A DNA stretch of 64,000 bases from the IMG/VR virus record IMGVR_UViG_3300017829_000024, positions 1,157 to 65,156 of that record; one strand, 5' to 3'. How positions within the stretch are numbered: the stretch's first letter is position 1; each line of letters opens with the position of its first letter. Made by a program: the position numbers and the translations under genes. Source of the DNA: a virus. Shown here in pieces: positions 46,402 to 58,098 of the stretch. Below the pieces are notes generated by a model that was given only the letters and a program-made list of their open reading frames with translations, had not been told where the DNA came from and made no database searches.

Positions 46402-49400
46402 CTATGTGGCCGAGCAGGGGCTTCGAAAGATAGCCGATGCCATTCAGATCCACGCTCGGGCAGAGCAGGCGAAGGCCGAGGTGCTGCGAGACTTTTTCAA
46501 TCGGATCGCAACGTCTGTTGAGCGTGTCGTGGCCATCATCGAAAAGGAGCATGCGGATGACCGATGAACTGAAGCCCTTTTGGGTGCGCTTCAAGACGAG
46601 CATGGGGCACTTTGAATATGAGGGCCCATGGTGGTGCTCGGGACTTGTCGGCGATGAGCGCGACCCCAAGCCGGACATCATCGTCGCGGCGGTGATGGCC
46701 TACTCGGAGGAGGCGGCAAAATCCATCCTGCGCGGCACGCACGATGACGGATACGAGCCAGCTTTCGACTATGTGTCTCGTCGCAACAAGAACTGGTCGC
46801 CGTTTTCGGAGCGCTTTCCGCGGCGGGATTGGATGAGGTGGCCGCACCCTGATGACGAAAAAATACAAGTCAGTTAGAGTCGAGTGTCCGGTGTGTGGCC
46901 GGGAGGTGGGCGGCCTCAAGACGGAGGCGCCCGGATACTTTCGGCCCCGCCGGCATACCGATCTTCGGTTCGGTCAAGGGCAAAAGCAGTGTGCCGGATG
47001 GGAGTATCTTGTGGGTCGGTCAAAGGCAAAGAGAGGAGCACGAAACGATGGAACACAATATTGATGCGAGGATCTACACAAACGGCTTTAAGCCTGAGCC
47101 CACACGCGCGCTTCGCACAGACACGCTCTGGGCGCTTCTCGAGGACGCGATTGACGACGCGGAGTTCATGAGCGGCGTCATTCACAGGCTTCCAGACCAC
47201 TTCTCGTGGAAAATGAGCACGTATGTCTCTACCTACGAAAAACCATACATTCGAGGAGAGCTCGGAACGCCCGCGCAAAGTGTTGATAAGCCAGCCCATT
47301 GCGCGATGTGTGTGGCGGGCGCATGCATGATTCGACGCGGTGTGACCTATTCATCCGGGGTTGATGCGCCTATCGACTGGAACGACGCCGTCGATCAGAT
47401 GCGTACCGGCGATTTTGTCAGCGCCTATGAGGTCATGTACGGTGATGAACCCGTCGGCTCGCATCTGGCCGCTTTAGAGCGGATCGCTGACCTCTACAAC
47501 CAGATCTACCTTCATGAAGGCCCAGAGCGAAAGCAGCACGGCCCGCCCCCTTCAGAGTGTTTGAGCTGGGAGGGGTATCGGAAGGTCATCACAGCCCTCA
47601 GGGAGCATGACCTATGAGTGAGCATGCCTGGCCGGCATCAGATCCCGGCACAAACGATACGCAACCAAGCAACCTGACGCTTCAGAACGAGCGCGTTGCG
47701 CGAAGCATGCAGCCCCCGGAGGACCATGATGCATGCATTGAGTGGTCGGCTAGAGCGCTTTTTGCGTTCGACAAGATCCAGAACATCTTTCTTGCGGATG
47801 CCTATGCGGCTCGCAATCCGCTCAAGATGGACCGGGTTCGCATGCTCGTGCTGTCTGTGGGTGAAGATCCGAGAGGGCTATGAGCAACCTGAAAAACTAC
47901 AAGATCGAATTCAAGCTGCTTGACGGCTATGCTTATGCGCGCGTCCTTCGGAACGTCACGTACGAGCAAGCGCAGTCCGAGTTACTGAAGGCGATCGCCA
48001 TGATGATGCGGAAATGCTCCGTGGAAGAGATCAAGGGTGACACAGCGGATCTCCGACAGTCTCTTGTTGAGGAGCCAATCATTCGAGAGGGGTCGTAAAT
48101 GACAAAAGCAGACTGGGTATGGCCGGCATGGTTTGTCATGATAGCCATGGTCGGATCTTGCGTGGGGCAAGCATGTTAGACAGTGAAGTGGTCATTTTGG
48201 GGTGGCAGCTTTTCCGGTTCCTTCTCGTCATGGGCTGGGGCATGGTCGCCGGGCTTCTTCTCGGGCGCCTTTGGCTCAGGAACGTCTGGACCGATGCGTT
48301 GATGGCAGAGCGTGCGGCATACAAAATCATCATAGAGTTTCAAGAGAAGATGAAGCTCATGGAGAACGCCGGGCGCGCCAGGCCGAACGCAGAGCGTTTC
48401 ATGGACAAAACGATGAGCTGATGGACCCGTTCAGCCCCTATGCGGTCGCGCGTGCGCATGTAAACGATCTGCTGGTTGCGGCGGATCGGCATGTGCAGGC
48501 GGGCCGTCCTGCGGCGGCGTATCGTGCGCTATGGGCGGTCTTCAAGAACGTGTGGGACAACGAAAACGGGATCACATGGACGGGCGTTGACGCCCGCAAT
48601 ATAACCGACAGATACGCGCTCTTACGCGCCGAAGTGCTCGAGGCCGAGCCCGATCTGTTTTTGCCGGAGGCACCTGATGGACGACCAACCGAAGACCTCA
48701 AACCCCCATGAAGAGATATGGGACCGCCTCTCTCGCCGCGACCAGCTGCGTCGCGACCGAAAGCGCATCAATGAGGAGCTCGACGAGCTCGAGCGGCATG
48801 CGCCAGCCTGGGTCGTATGGTTGCGCGACCGCGGCATCCTGGCGCTTCTTGCCCTTCCAGCAATCATGTTGATTGCTTTAGCTGCTGGATTGGCAATGAT
48901 TCTGCTTTGGCCTTTCGTCTATCTTGAGCGCCTTGCGGGCAACGAAAAGGATGAGAAATGAGGGCCAACAGCCGATCGCAATCCAACCCCAGATATGTGG
49001 AGGCCTACTTTCAGGACGTCCTGAAGATTGCCCGAAAGGAAGGCCTTGAGGACAGCGAACACATGATGCGTGCGCTTTTCTTTTTAGGCTATAGCGCATG
49101 CATTCACACGTTTCATGGTTCACTTGGCGAGTTTGCGATTGCAATCACCAAAGATCAGTCTCTTGAGATTTTCCAGTTCTTTGCGAAGGCCGCGGCTGAC
49201 GCAGAGAAAGAAGGAGAATTGACCGCTCGCTTTGCTTCGGCAGCAAGCGGCTTTCCTCCAGACCTAAAAGGGGTAGAAGACGATGATGGAAACGGATGAA
49301 ACGCTCCCCAAGGAGCAAGAAACAAAGTCACCCGAGGAATTGGGTGTAGCCCTCCGGAGCGGCGCAGTGGTTCATGCCGAACCGGAGGACGATGATGATG

Positions 49401-49945
49401 AAAAACCAGAAGAAGAAAAGCCCAGCGATGAAGGGGCCCAATAAGTGAGCCCCGCTTCTGATCATGCGGATCAAGACTCCCCGGGCGCTCAGGCCGGCGG
49501 GCCGGGCGGACAGGGTCCCGTGGATCTCCGCGTCCGTGTGTCGGAAGCGCTCAAAGATTACCTCGGGGGGCGGACGTTGTCCGTTGCGGTGGAGTCCGTC
49601 TTGAACGCCATCGATCCGCCCCTCGAGCGTTCCCGGTGGAAATCGATGCACCAGCTTGCCACAGGCATGCTTCAGCTTCTCGAGGCAGAGACGCGAGGTG
49701 CCCGCTCTTTCGATCCGATTGCGGCGGCTGAGGGCCGCAGAGCCCTTGAGGCGCGCTGGCGAGGCCAAGGACCCATTGCCCCTGTCGATCGAACCGATTT
49801 CGATGAAGCCGAAGACATCGACACCCTATTGAAGGTCGACGCACGAATCGCCGAGGTTGTTCCGGATGTCGCCGAATCAGACCTCGAGCGCGCTTTTCGT
49901 CAGGAGGACGACGACCCCGCAGACGAGCTCGAATCGACCGATTGA
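46391..49945 (+). other. Operon of about 12 small hypothetical early-type ORFs (e.g. 46557-46877, 46852-47064 Zn finger, 47048-47617, 47614-47883, 47880-48098, 48421-48711, 48677-48961, 48958-49299, 49445-49945)
   Basis: Continuous ATGA/TGATG-coupled ORFs. Confidence 0.6.
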
Positions 49946-49961
49946 CCCACATCCCAATCGG

Positions 49962-49982
49962 TATGTAGCCAGCCCTTTACGC
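49962..49982 (+). promoter_or_regulatory. 21-bp element copy 1, candidate late promoter
   Basis: TATGTAGCCAGCCCTTTACGC, identical at 55486; both precede structural operons. Confidence 0.7.
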
Positions 49983-50033
49983 TTTTTTCGGCCTCAGGTT
50001 TCGCCCTGAGGCTGGCCTGGGCATGCTCGCGGC

Positions 50034-50429
50034 ATGGCCAATACGCGCATAATCGAGCTCTCAGCGCCGGCCAACACGCAATTCACGGGGTCTGAGTCCG
50101 GCTGGGTCATGCACCCCACGGTCGGGAACCGCCTCTACCTCGCCGAGGTGAACCTGATCATGGGGGAGGAAGCGAAGCGGTTCGAGGTCCGAAAGGTTTT
50201 TCCGAGCGGACGCTTTCTTCGGCTCTACCGATCAGTCAATCGGGTCTCCGGAGCGCCCGATGAAACAACCGACTCCGACTTCTACGCCGGCATTCAAGAC
50301 ATCGGATCGTTCCTCGACAAAGGGGAGTACATCACGATTAGGACTGAAAGCTCGTCCAGTGAAATGTTTGCAAAAATATATTATTTGGACGGCAGTCTTG
50401 CAGAAATCTCAAGATACATAGCAGGATAG
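50034..50429 (+). CDS. Probable virion structural protein
   Basis: First gene of fibre-portal operon. Confidence 0.55.
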   Translation: MANTRIIELSAPANTQFTGSESGWVMHPTVGNRLYLAEVNLIMGEEAKRFEVRKVFPSGRFLRLYRSVNRVSGAPDETTDSDFYAGIQDIGSFLDKGEYITIRTESSSSEMFAKIYYLDGSLAEISRYIAG

Positions 50430-50431
50430 AA

Positions 50432-52108
50432 ATGGGAATAACGCAAGGCGGCAGAAGTCTCCGGGCAACGCGGCGGGCCTCGGTCGGTGGCGAGCTCATC
50501 ATCGGTGTCGAGGGCACGGGCGTTGCGCTCGAGCCCGGGTCAGGCGGTAGCCCTTCGGGCGCGGCCGATGGCCCGGACATCACCGGCACCTATCCCGATC
50601 AGCTCGCGCTGAAGCCCATCACCGGTCTTTCGCCGGGCGCACGTGTCTTCCCAGCTTCCGTAACGATCGACGGAAAAGGTCGTGTCACGGCGATTGTTGC
50701 GGGCTCTCAGCCGCTTCTTCTTTCGGCGCGCGGAGCCGCGGGTGGCGTCGCAGGGCTAGGCGCGAACCAGAAGATCCTCCCCGAGAACCTTCCGGACGGT
50801 GAGCTCAATTTCAAGGACACCTGGGACCCGTCGATCGCCTCTTCGCGGCCCCAGCTCGTGGCTACGGGCGTTCAGCTCACCGAAGGTTCAGACGATGTCA
50901 CGACACCCTCGGAGGGCGATATTTACATCGCCTCCTCGGGAATGAATAGCTCGGACATTTTCGCGGACGGTCCGGGCCAACGAATCCGCGGCCGAGACTG
51001 GGCCATCTGGGTCAATAATGGCTGGGACCATATCAATCGCTCTTCCGCCGGCATCGCCTCGATCAATGGAGACGAAGGCCCGGCAGTTGACTTTGGAATC
51101 GAAGACCTGGACCCGAATCGAAGCGACCTCGCCAAGCTCAACACAGTTCTGGGTGTCACGCTCGATACGGCCGGCACGCCTCGCCCTCCGGCCGGCACGG
51201 TTTCGGGCGACCTGACTGGGGCGGCAACGTCGCCAACGCTCACGAAGATCATGGGGCGCGCCTTGGCGACGACGGCGCCGCTCGCGCTTCAGGTGCTGTC
51301 CTGGGATCCGGCCGCAGAAAACGGGGCCGGACGTATTGTCTGGAGAACTGTTGGGTCGGTTTTCGCCACGGTCCAGCGCTTCGGCACAACGGTGCCGGCG
51401 CATGTTGAGCCCGGTCAGGACATGACCGCGGGCAACCCGTATACGATCGAGTACTTCCTCACACACGCCTCGCAGATCGCTCGCGCAAGACTTGTTGCGC
51501 GCCGTGTAACGCCCACACCCATGGTGGGGTCTACAGTCGACACCGAGATCGTCGCCTCGCTTCCGATCCAGGAGGGATCGAACATGGCGACATTCAATCT
51601 ACCAGCCAGCTTTGAGCTCGACAGTGCAGGTGATCGCATTGACCTGGTTGCCCAGTTCTATCGAGCGGACGAAACGCCAGCCGACAACGCGAATCCTGAT
51701 CTTGTGGCAAGCGAAAGCGTGACAGCAAGTGCAGCCCCACCTGCGGGGCATGTCTACTTTGGGATGGTCGATCCTGATAACGGGATGCGCCCTGCCGCTG
51801 CCGCGTCACTGCTCAATGATGCCGGCGGAGCCAGCTCGCTTCTTCAGGGCTTTACGAAGCAGTCGGGCGACTACACGGTGCCAACCTATACGGGGCAAAA
51901 GTATTTGATCTATGCGTTTCCGCAATCCCAGCACGACGTTCTTTCGCTTACGATTGGTGCCAGCACGAATCAGATCCAGGGCTTTACACGGACTGAGGAC
52001 ATCGAAGTAGGGTCACCGGCTGTCGATTACATCTTCTACATCTCGAACCAGCCGCAGATCGGAAGCACGCTCAGTGGAATGGTCGTACACATCGAACGCA
52101 GAGGCTGA
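50432..52108 (+). CDS. Tail fibre protein
   Basis: Fibre motifs GPDITGTYP, VTIDGKGRVT, GVAGLGANQKI, GDLTGAATSPTL. Confidence 0.75.
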   Translation: MGITQGGRSLRATRRASVGGELIIGVEGTGVALEPGSGGSPSGAADGPDITGTYPDQLALKPITGLSPGARVFPASVTIDGKGRVTAIVAGSQPLLLSARGAAGGVAGLGANQKILPENLPDGELNFKDTWDPSIASSRPQLVATGVQLTEGSDDVTTPSEGDIYIASSGMNSSDIFADGPGQRIRGRDWAIWVNNGWDHINRSSAGIASINGDEGPAVDFGIEDLDPNRSDLAKLNTVLGVTLDTAGTPRPPAGTVSGDLTGAATSPTLTKIMGRALATTAPLALQVLSWDPAAENGAGRIVWRTVGSVFATVQRFGTTVPAHVEPGQDMTAGNPYTIEYFLTHASQIARARLVARRVTPTPMVGSTVDTEIVASLPIQEGSNMATFNLPASFELDSAGDRIDLVAQFYRADETPADNANPDLVASESVTASAAPPAGHVYFGMVDPDNGMRPAAAASLLNDAGGASSLLQGFTKQSGDYTVPTYTGQKYLIYAFPQSQHDVLSLTIGASTNQIQGFTRTEDIEVGSPAVDYIFYISNQPQIGSTLSGMVVHIERRG

Positions 52109-52110
52109 TC

Positions 52111-53820
52111 ATGACCATTTTCTTTCTCGATAAGCTCGGCAAAAGCTTTCCGGGTCCGCTCGTTGACCAGGCGGATCTGGAGGCCATCCCAGCGCATCGG
52201 ACGGTCTATGTTTCAAACTCCGGGGACGACTCGAACTCGGGCAGCGAAAACAGCCCGGTTGCCACCCTGGCAAATGCAATTCAAAAAGTAACCGCGCTGA
52301 CCGGGACCGCAGATCGCGCCATCGTATGCAAGGACGCCTCGGTCTTTCCAGGGTTCAACGTGTTGCCGCTTGCCGTTGCGCAAACCACGTTTTTCGACAT
52401 GCCCCAGGCGACCATCAGGTTCAATGGAGCATTCATTCCTGGGATTGGCGTCCGAATGCGCCTTGGAAAGCTCGAGGGCGCGCTAGGGCCGGCTCGCGAC
52501 GGAAAATTCGAGATCGATCACATCACCGACGGGATTCTTTTCGAGCCGGGGGCGCATGCCACAACGAGCATCCGGTGCAGGATTCTCAACACCGACATTG
52601 ACATCCCGGGCGCGACAACCGGGGTTGCACACCTCGAGCTTACGCATCACGACGGCGTCATCAATGACTATGACCAAGAAGCGCTGACGCTGAAGGGGTC
52701 ACGGAACGACCTGCCGTTTGTCCCCATCCCGCAGGCGAACCTCAACATTACCGCGCTGCCGCAAGCGAGCCTCGTGGGCATCGCCTCGCACCGGGTCATC
52801 TATGTCTCAAACGCGGGTGACGACGATGACAGCGGGATGCATCCCAACCTGCCCAAGCAAACGCTCATGGCGGCCATCACCGCGGCCATCACGTTTCAGG
52901 GCTTTCAGCCCGCCGATGACGGGCAGTTCCCGCCAGCCGCGGTCGTCTGTCTGGACAGCTCGACGTTCAACGAAACCATTCCCTTGGGAAATGGATACGG
53001 GAACATTCAATTCTGGATGCCGCATGCCGAGATCCAGGGCCTTACCATCACGCCCGGGGTGACGCTCTACGTTCGCACCATCAATAGCAGTTTCGTCATA
53101 CCGCGGAATGCACACGTCGAAGCCCAGCGCATCCAGGGCAACGTCACCATCGGCTCAGGCGCGCATGCTCGAACCGTCCTTCGCTGCAATCGGGTGACGG
53201 GCTCGCTCGTGATCGATCCGGGCGCTACCGGAACCGCACACATTGAGGCCGCGGAAACCGGCACCGAGTTCTTCTACAACGATGACGGCAACCTAGCCGT
53301 CACAGGTTTCATCAGGGGCGTAAGCCTGTCACGTGTTGCGACGCGGACGCCTGAGCAGTTCTATTCGGTGCGTGCGGCCAACACGAACCCCGGCGGCGCT
53401 GCGCGCCAGCTCGAGGTCGGCGAGGCTGTCATCTTCACTGGGACGCCCCATGAAGTGGAGCCGCACAACGCGACGACCACCGGCCGATGGGGCAAAACGA
53501 ACACCATAGGCCGGCCTGAAGCAGTGGTCTCCAGAGCCATTCCTGCCGGGGGCGTAGGCGAGGTGCTCACGTTTGGCGATCTCGTGGTGCCGGTAGCCAA
53601 AAAGGATAGCCAGGATGATGACGACCTGCTTCAGGTTCGAGACATTGTTCGATACTCAGGTGTCGATGCCATTATGAACGCGCAAAACGTGGCCACGCAC
53701 TGGCAGGTGAAGGAGATATTGACCGAGCCAGGCTTTGGATACGTTCGCGAGCTCAATATCAACGAACAAAGCGCCACCGCGCGGGTACGTTTCGACTTCC
53801 GAGGAAAGTCCGCACTATGA
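52111..53820 (+). CDS. Tailspike/fibre with duplicated pectate-lyase-like (DUF1565-type) module
   Basis: Two copies: HRTVYVSNSGDDSNSG..PVATLANA and HRVIYVSNAGDDDDSG..PKQTLMAA. Confidence 0.7.
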   Translation: MTIFFLDKLGKSFPGPLVDQADLEAIPAHRTVYVSNSGDDSNSGSENSPVATLANAIQKVTALTGTADRAIVCKDASVFPGFNVLPLAVAQTTFFDMPQATIRFNGAFIPGIGVRMRLGKLEGALGPARDGKFEIDHITDGILFEPGAHATTSIRCRILNTDIDIPGATTGVAHLELTHHDGVINDYDQEALTLKGSRNDLPFVPIPQANLNITALPQASLVGIASHRVIYVSNAGDDDDSGMHPNLPKQTLMAAITAAITFQGFQPADDGQFPPAAVVCLDSSTFNETIPLGNGYGNIQFWMPHAEIQGLTITPGVTLYVRTINSSFVIPRNAHVEAQRIQGNVTIGSGAHARTVLRCNRVTGSLVIDPGATGTAHIEAAETGTEFFYNDDGNLAVTGFIRGVSLSRVATRTPEQFYSVRAANTNPGGAARQLEVGEAVIFTGTPHEVEPHNATTTGRWGKTNTIGRPEAVVSRAIPAGGVGEVLTFGDLVVPVAKKDSQDDDDLLQVRDIVRYSGVDAIMNAQNVATHWQVKEILTEPGFGYVRELNINEQSATARVRFDFRGKSAL

Positions 53821-55451
53821 GTTGGTTCTCCAGGGTCTTTGGCCGAAAAAAGGAGCCCAGCCCAGATAGCTCAGAAGCGAAAGCCGGGCTTGTTGAGGGC
53901 GAAACCAAAATCTTTGAGAGTTCGAACTTTCTTGCGGAGCTCATGGGTGAGCTTTCAAGCGAGATCAGGCGTGAAGACCAGCGCATGCTGGAGGCCTACA
54001 ATCAAAACCCTTGGCTCAATGCGGTTGCCGGCAAAATAAAAGATGATGTTGGAAGAGCCAACTGGCGTGTCTTTCGTGTCCAAGAGGCGCCAGATGGACG
54101 ACCGAGCAATCCTGTTCCGAGGGCTTATGTTCGCGCTAAGCGGCTTCGGGCTGAACTCCGCTCTATCCATCCCACAAAGCGGGCCGCCTTCATGCATAAG
54201 CAGATGGATAGTGATCTTCTGGAAGAGGTCGAAAACCATCCGGTGGTCCAACTGCTTGAGCGAGGACACTCCCGCCCGCTGCCCATGAGCGGGATGACAG
54301 TGCGGTCGACCATTCAACTCTACCTCGACTTGACGGGCGTAGCCCTGCTTGGCGTTGAGGGGTCGTCCACAGTCCAAAACGGAGACCGATCCGCACCGGC
54401 GGAGCTCTACCCCTTTCCACGGCACTTCATTGATCAGAATCAGACGACAGAGAGCACGGTCGTTTTTCGAGACCCCAAAAAAAGAAACCAAAGATGGGAG
54501 TTTCCGGCTGATAGGGTGATTCTCTTTCGGCAGATTGACCCGACGAATCCCTACTCGCTCATTGGCTCAAGCCCTGCAAAGTCTGTCGCAACAGAGATTA
54601 CCACATACGAGTTTGCCGGGCTTACATCAGCTGCGCGATTCAAAAACTTCGGTGTGCCCACGTGGGTGTGGGTGGCCAAAGGCCTGAGCAAGAGCGGCCT
54701 CAACACGCTCAAGGCCGAAGTGGTTAAGCCTGGCGGATCCATGCGGAACGCCAAGACGATGCACTTCACGAACGTCAAAGATCTCGATCTTCATAAGCTC
54801 GATGACACGATCGTGGAGATGGCCATTCAAGAGCTTCAGGACTTCACAGCGAAAGTCATCCGTCATGTGTTTGGTGTCCCGGATGAGATTCTCGGAATCT
54901 CTGACAACAGCAATCGAGCAACGTCTGTCACGGCTGAGCGCCGCTACCATGCGGGCACCGTCGATCCGCGCCTTCGGTTCATAGAGGAAACGCTTCAGTG
55001 CTTCTTGATGCCGATGTTTCCGGGAACCGAAAACGAAGTTCTGACCTATGATTCGACTGTCCCGGACGATGTCGACTTTCAGCTGGAGGTCATCAAAGCC
55101 ATGCCGGGAACGGCCGTTCGAGAAGAGGCGCGATCACTAGCAGGACTTCCAAATATGGAGCTCGAGCCCGTGGCCTTTTTGAACAGCAAGATCCCGGACA
55201 AGGCGGGCGCGGTCATCACCCAATTCAACATGGGTGCGCTCTCCGAGCCGCAGGCCCGGGCGTATCTCAAGTTCTATTTCGACGTTCCGGACAACATGCT
55301 CGAGGCCATGCTCACGAAGCCAGAAGTGATGGTGCAGCCGCCTTCGCCGATGCCGGGCCAGCCGCCCGCGCCCGAGCCCGAAGACGATCAGGACAACGAA
55401 AACGGCGAGGGTGACGATTCTTCACCCTCGGAGCCGGTCGGAGACGAGTAG
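53817..55451 (+). CDS. Portal protein (HK97 family)
   Basis: NPWLNAV, YLDLTG.ALL, IRHVFGVP..ILG, N.ATS pattern; acidic tail. Confidence 0.92.
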   Translation: MSWFSRVFGRKKEPSPDSSEAKAGLVEGETKIFESSNFLAELMGELSSEIRREDQRMLEAYNQNPWLNAVAGKIKDDVGRANWRVFRVQEAPDGRPSNPVPRAYVRAKRLRAELRSIHPTKRAAFMHKQMDSDLLEEVENHPVVQLLERGHSRPLPMSGMTVRSTIQLYLDLTGVALLGVEGSSTVQNGDRSAPAELYPFPRHFIDQNQTTESTVVFRDPKKRNQRWEFPADRVILFRQIDPTNPYSLIGSSPAKSVATEITTYEFAGLTSAARFKNFGVPTWVWVAKGLSKSGLNTLKAEVVKPGGSMRNAKTMHFTNVKDLDLHKLDDTIVEMAIQELQDFTAKVIRHVFGVPDEILGISDNSNRATSVTAERRYHAGTVDPRLRFIEETLQCFLMPMFPGTENEVLTYDSTVPDDVDFQLEVIKAMPGTAVREEARSLAGLPNMELEPVAFLNSKIPDKAGAVITQFNMGALSEPQARAYLKFYFDVPDNMLEAMLTKPEVMVQPPSPMPGQPPAPEPEDDQDNENGEGDDSSPSEPVGDE

Positions 55452-55485
55452 GTACTTCTGCCCAATCAACGGCCTTTGTTTACCC

Positions 55486-55506
55486 TATGTAGCCAGCCCT
55501 TTACGC
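55486..55506 (+). promoter_or_regulatory. 21-bp element copy 2, candidate late promoter
   Basis: Identical to 49962-49982; 45 nt upstream of protease gene. Confidence 0.7.
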
Positions 55507-55551
55507 CTACAGGGGTTCCACAGTTTCACGTGAAACGGCATCGTCTTCGCC

Positions 55552-56598
55552 GTGGATCTTGCGGCCCAGCTCGGCGCGACATGGGTCTCCCGATATGAGC
55601 TGCGCGAGCACCTGACGCACCAAAAGGCGGGCTCGATCGCGACGCTTCAGCCTGGCATCACGCAGTCTGCCCGTCTCACGCCACGAAGAGCCGAAAAGCT
55701 AGGCATTCCGTTCGTCGAAAACGCTTTCGAAACGACGATGTCGAGCGATCGGGTCGACCGCCATGGCGACACGATCCAGGTCCCGGGCTGGAAGCATGGG
55801 GCGTTTCGAAAGGCCGGCGCGCCACTTCTGTGGTCGCACCTCAGCTTCATGCCGCCCATCGGCAACATGAAGGCTCTGTGGGCGGAGACGAAGGACGAGG
55901 GCTTCAGGTCGAACCGCTATCGAGGCGTCGAGGCCTATCACCTCAAAACACGCCTCTCCGAAGATACGTACCGGTTGGTCGATGGAGACCATCTCCGGTC
56001 AGGGTCTGTGGGCTTCATTCCGCTCAAATGGGGTGATCGGAAGTCCGAAGATGGATCGCGTTGGCTCGGCTTCAACTTCACCGAGCAAGAACAGCTTGAG
56101 TACTCAAAGACCCCGATCCCCGCCAATCCTGATGCTCTGAACGGCAAATCGGCCGAGTTCCCCGGCTTCTTCAAAGCCATGGAGGAAACGCTCGATCGAA
56201 AGCCGAACCAATGGACCGCACTCGAGCGGGCCTACTTCGCCATGAAAGCTGGAGGACAGCGGATGCAAGTGCACCTCGTGAACGCGGGCTATGAGCCCGA
56301 CGAAAACGACGATGGCGAAGACAGAGACGAGGGACAGACCGCCGCCGATCCGGGCCCTGTCGATCCGCCGGCCGGCCAAGAGAAGAAAGACAAGGGCGAT
56401 GCGCTCGAGCGCTTGTTCGATCGCGCTGAAAAAGTCGCGACCCGGCTTGAAGCTGCGGTCAGTCGACTCGATGGCGGAGAAGACAAAACGCCGCCTCCGT
56501 CCAATGACGACACCCCCGCCGACCCGCCGCCCGCGGAACCTCCGGCGAACAAACAAGACGAGCCCGAGCGTCGGTTTCGGCTTCGGATCAACGGTTAG
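55552..56598 (+). CDS. Prohead protease (HK97 type) with scaffold-like tail
   Basis: SSDRVDRHGD, PLLWSH, LRSGSVGF, LEYSKTPIPANPDA. Confidence 0.92.
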   Translation: MDLAAQLGATWVSRYELREHLTHQKAGSIATLQPGITQSARLTPRRAEKLGIPFVENAFETTMSSDRVDRHGDTIQVPGWKHGAFRKAGAPLLWSHLSFMPPIGNMKALWAETKDEGFRSNRYRGVEAYHLKTRLSEDTYRLVDGDHLRSGSVGFIPLKWGDRKSEDGSRWLGFNFTEQEQLEYSKTPIPANPDALNGKSAEFPGFFKAMEETLDRKPNQWTALERAYFAMKAGGQRMQVHLVNAGYEPDENDDGEDRDEGQTAADPGPVDPPAGQEKKDKGDALERLFDRAEKVATRLEAAVSRLDGGEDKTPPPSNDDTPADPPPAEPPANKQDEPERRFRLRING

Positions 56599-56613
56599 CA
56601 AGGGAGATTGCAG

Positions 56614-58074
56614 ATGTCTGGGACCGATAATGCGGTAGACGTTGGACTCAAAGAGATTCGCGGCATCGTGGGCGACATGATGGACGCGAAGAGCGATGAG
56701 CAATGGAAGGAGCGCAAGGTCGAGCTCGAGCGCGGCTTTGATGAGCGGCTTAAGAATTTCGAGACCGAAATCAAGAGCTCCTTTAACAAGCTCCAAAAAG
56801 AGCCCGCAGAAGGCCGTCAGCGTTTCCATCCGACCAACAAAGACCATCCCTACGTTGCGCAGAACTGGGCCCAGATCCAGGCCGACCGCATCAAGGTGGC
56901 CGGCCGAAAAGACCGCGAGGTCGAGGCTAAGGGCGCAGGGCTTCTTTATGCCCGCCTCGTTCGCGCGAATGTGATCGCATGGCGCAAGGGCCATCACGAT
57001 GTTCGTCGCGTCTTAAATGACTGGGGCGACACATGGATGGTCAAAGATCTGGATGCCCAAGCCGAAAAGGTCTACGGCTCCGTCGACAAGGCCGCAGGCG
57101 CGGACATCTTCGACACCGGCGCCGCGCTCATCCCGCAAGACTATACGGGCCCATTTATTGAGGCCCTTCGGCCGGCCGTCGTCGTACGTGCTGCAGGCGC
57201 ACAAGAGATCGACATGCCACAAGGCAATGTCACCTTCAGCCGGCAGACCGGAACCTCCACGCTTCAGTATGCGCCCGAGTCGAGCAACGTTCGGGCGAGC
57301 GGGCTGCGCTTCGACCAGATCCGCATGGTCAGCAAAGAGCTGCGCGGCGTGGTTCCGATCAGCAATGCCCTTCTCGAGAACCCTTCGGCATCCGCCGATA
57401 TCCGGTTCCGAAACGACCTCACGCGTCGCCTGGCTCAGCGCGAGGACGAAGCCTTCATCCGGGGAGACGGCAAGCTCAACTCTCCGCTGGGCATTCGATT
57501 CCGCGGCACGCTCGATGTCGCCAGCGATGCAAGCAACGCCAATGTTCACGCCTCCAGCGGTAATGAACTGGCCGACATGGTCATCAATCTCAAACGCTTG
57601 CTCACGGTGTTTGCCGAGCGCAACGTGACGTCAACTTCGTTTGCGCTTCTCATCAATCCGCGAAACCGCATCAATATGCAGTGGGTCCGAGGCGACGAGA
57701 TGGACGCGATGTTCCCCTTCCGTCTTGAGATTCAGGGCGGAACGATCGGCGGCATTCCGTGGTTCGAAACGACTTCTGTGCCGGCGAATTTCGCGGCGCC
57801 TTCGGGCACCGATCCGAACAAGGTGGCCGACGATGACCCGTCCGGAGTCGGCGCGGGCAACACGGAAATGATCATGTGCGCTATGGATGAGTTCTATATC
57901 GGCGATCAGACGATGGCTGAGCTGAGCTTCTTCCCGGGCGGCGCATATCATGACGGTGCCAACGTTCAGTCTGGCATCTCCCGTGGCGAGTCGGTCATCG
58001 CGATCACGGCGCGCCATGACTGTAACCTCACGCGCGCAGAGTACGCCCACACCCTCGCGGGCATCACGTACTAA
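56614..58074 (+). CDS. Major capsid protein (HK97 fold) with N-terminal delta-domain-like coil
   Basis: GAALIPQDY..FIEALR...VVRAAG, ISNALLE, FIRGDG...PLGI. Confidence 0.95.
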   Translation: MSGTDNAVDVGLKEIRGIVGDMMDAKSDEQWKERKVELERGFDERLKNFETEIKSSFNKLQKEPAEGRQRFHPTNKDHPYVAQNWAQIQADRIKVAGRKDREVEAKGAGLLYARLVRANVIAWRKGHHDVRRVLNDWGDTWMVKDLDAQAEKVYGSVDKAAGADIFDTGAALIPQDYTGPFIEALRPAVVVRAAGAQEIDMPQGNVTFSRQTGTSTLQYAPESSNVRASGLRFDQIRMVSKELRGVVPISNALLENPSASADIRFRNDLTRRLAQREDEAFIRGDGKLNSPLGIRFRGTLDVASDASNANVHASSGNELADMVINLKRLLTVFAERNVTSTSFALLINPRNRINMQWVRGDEMDAMFPFRLEIQGGTIGGIPWFETTSVPANFAAPSGTDPNKVADDDPSGVGAGNTEMIMCAMDEFYIGDQTMAELSFFPGGAYHDGANVQSGISRGESVIAITARHDCNLTRAEYAHTLAGITY

Positions 58075-58098
58075 AGAGAAAGGAAGGAGGACTTTCAA

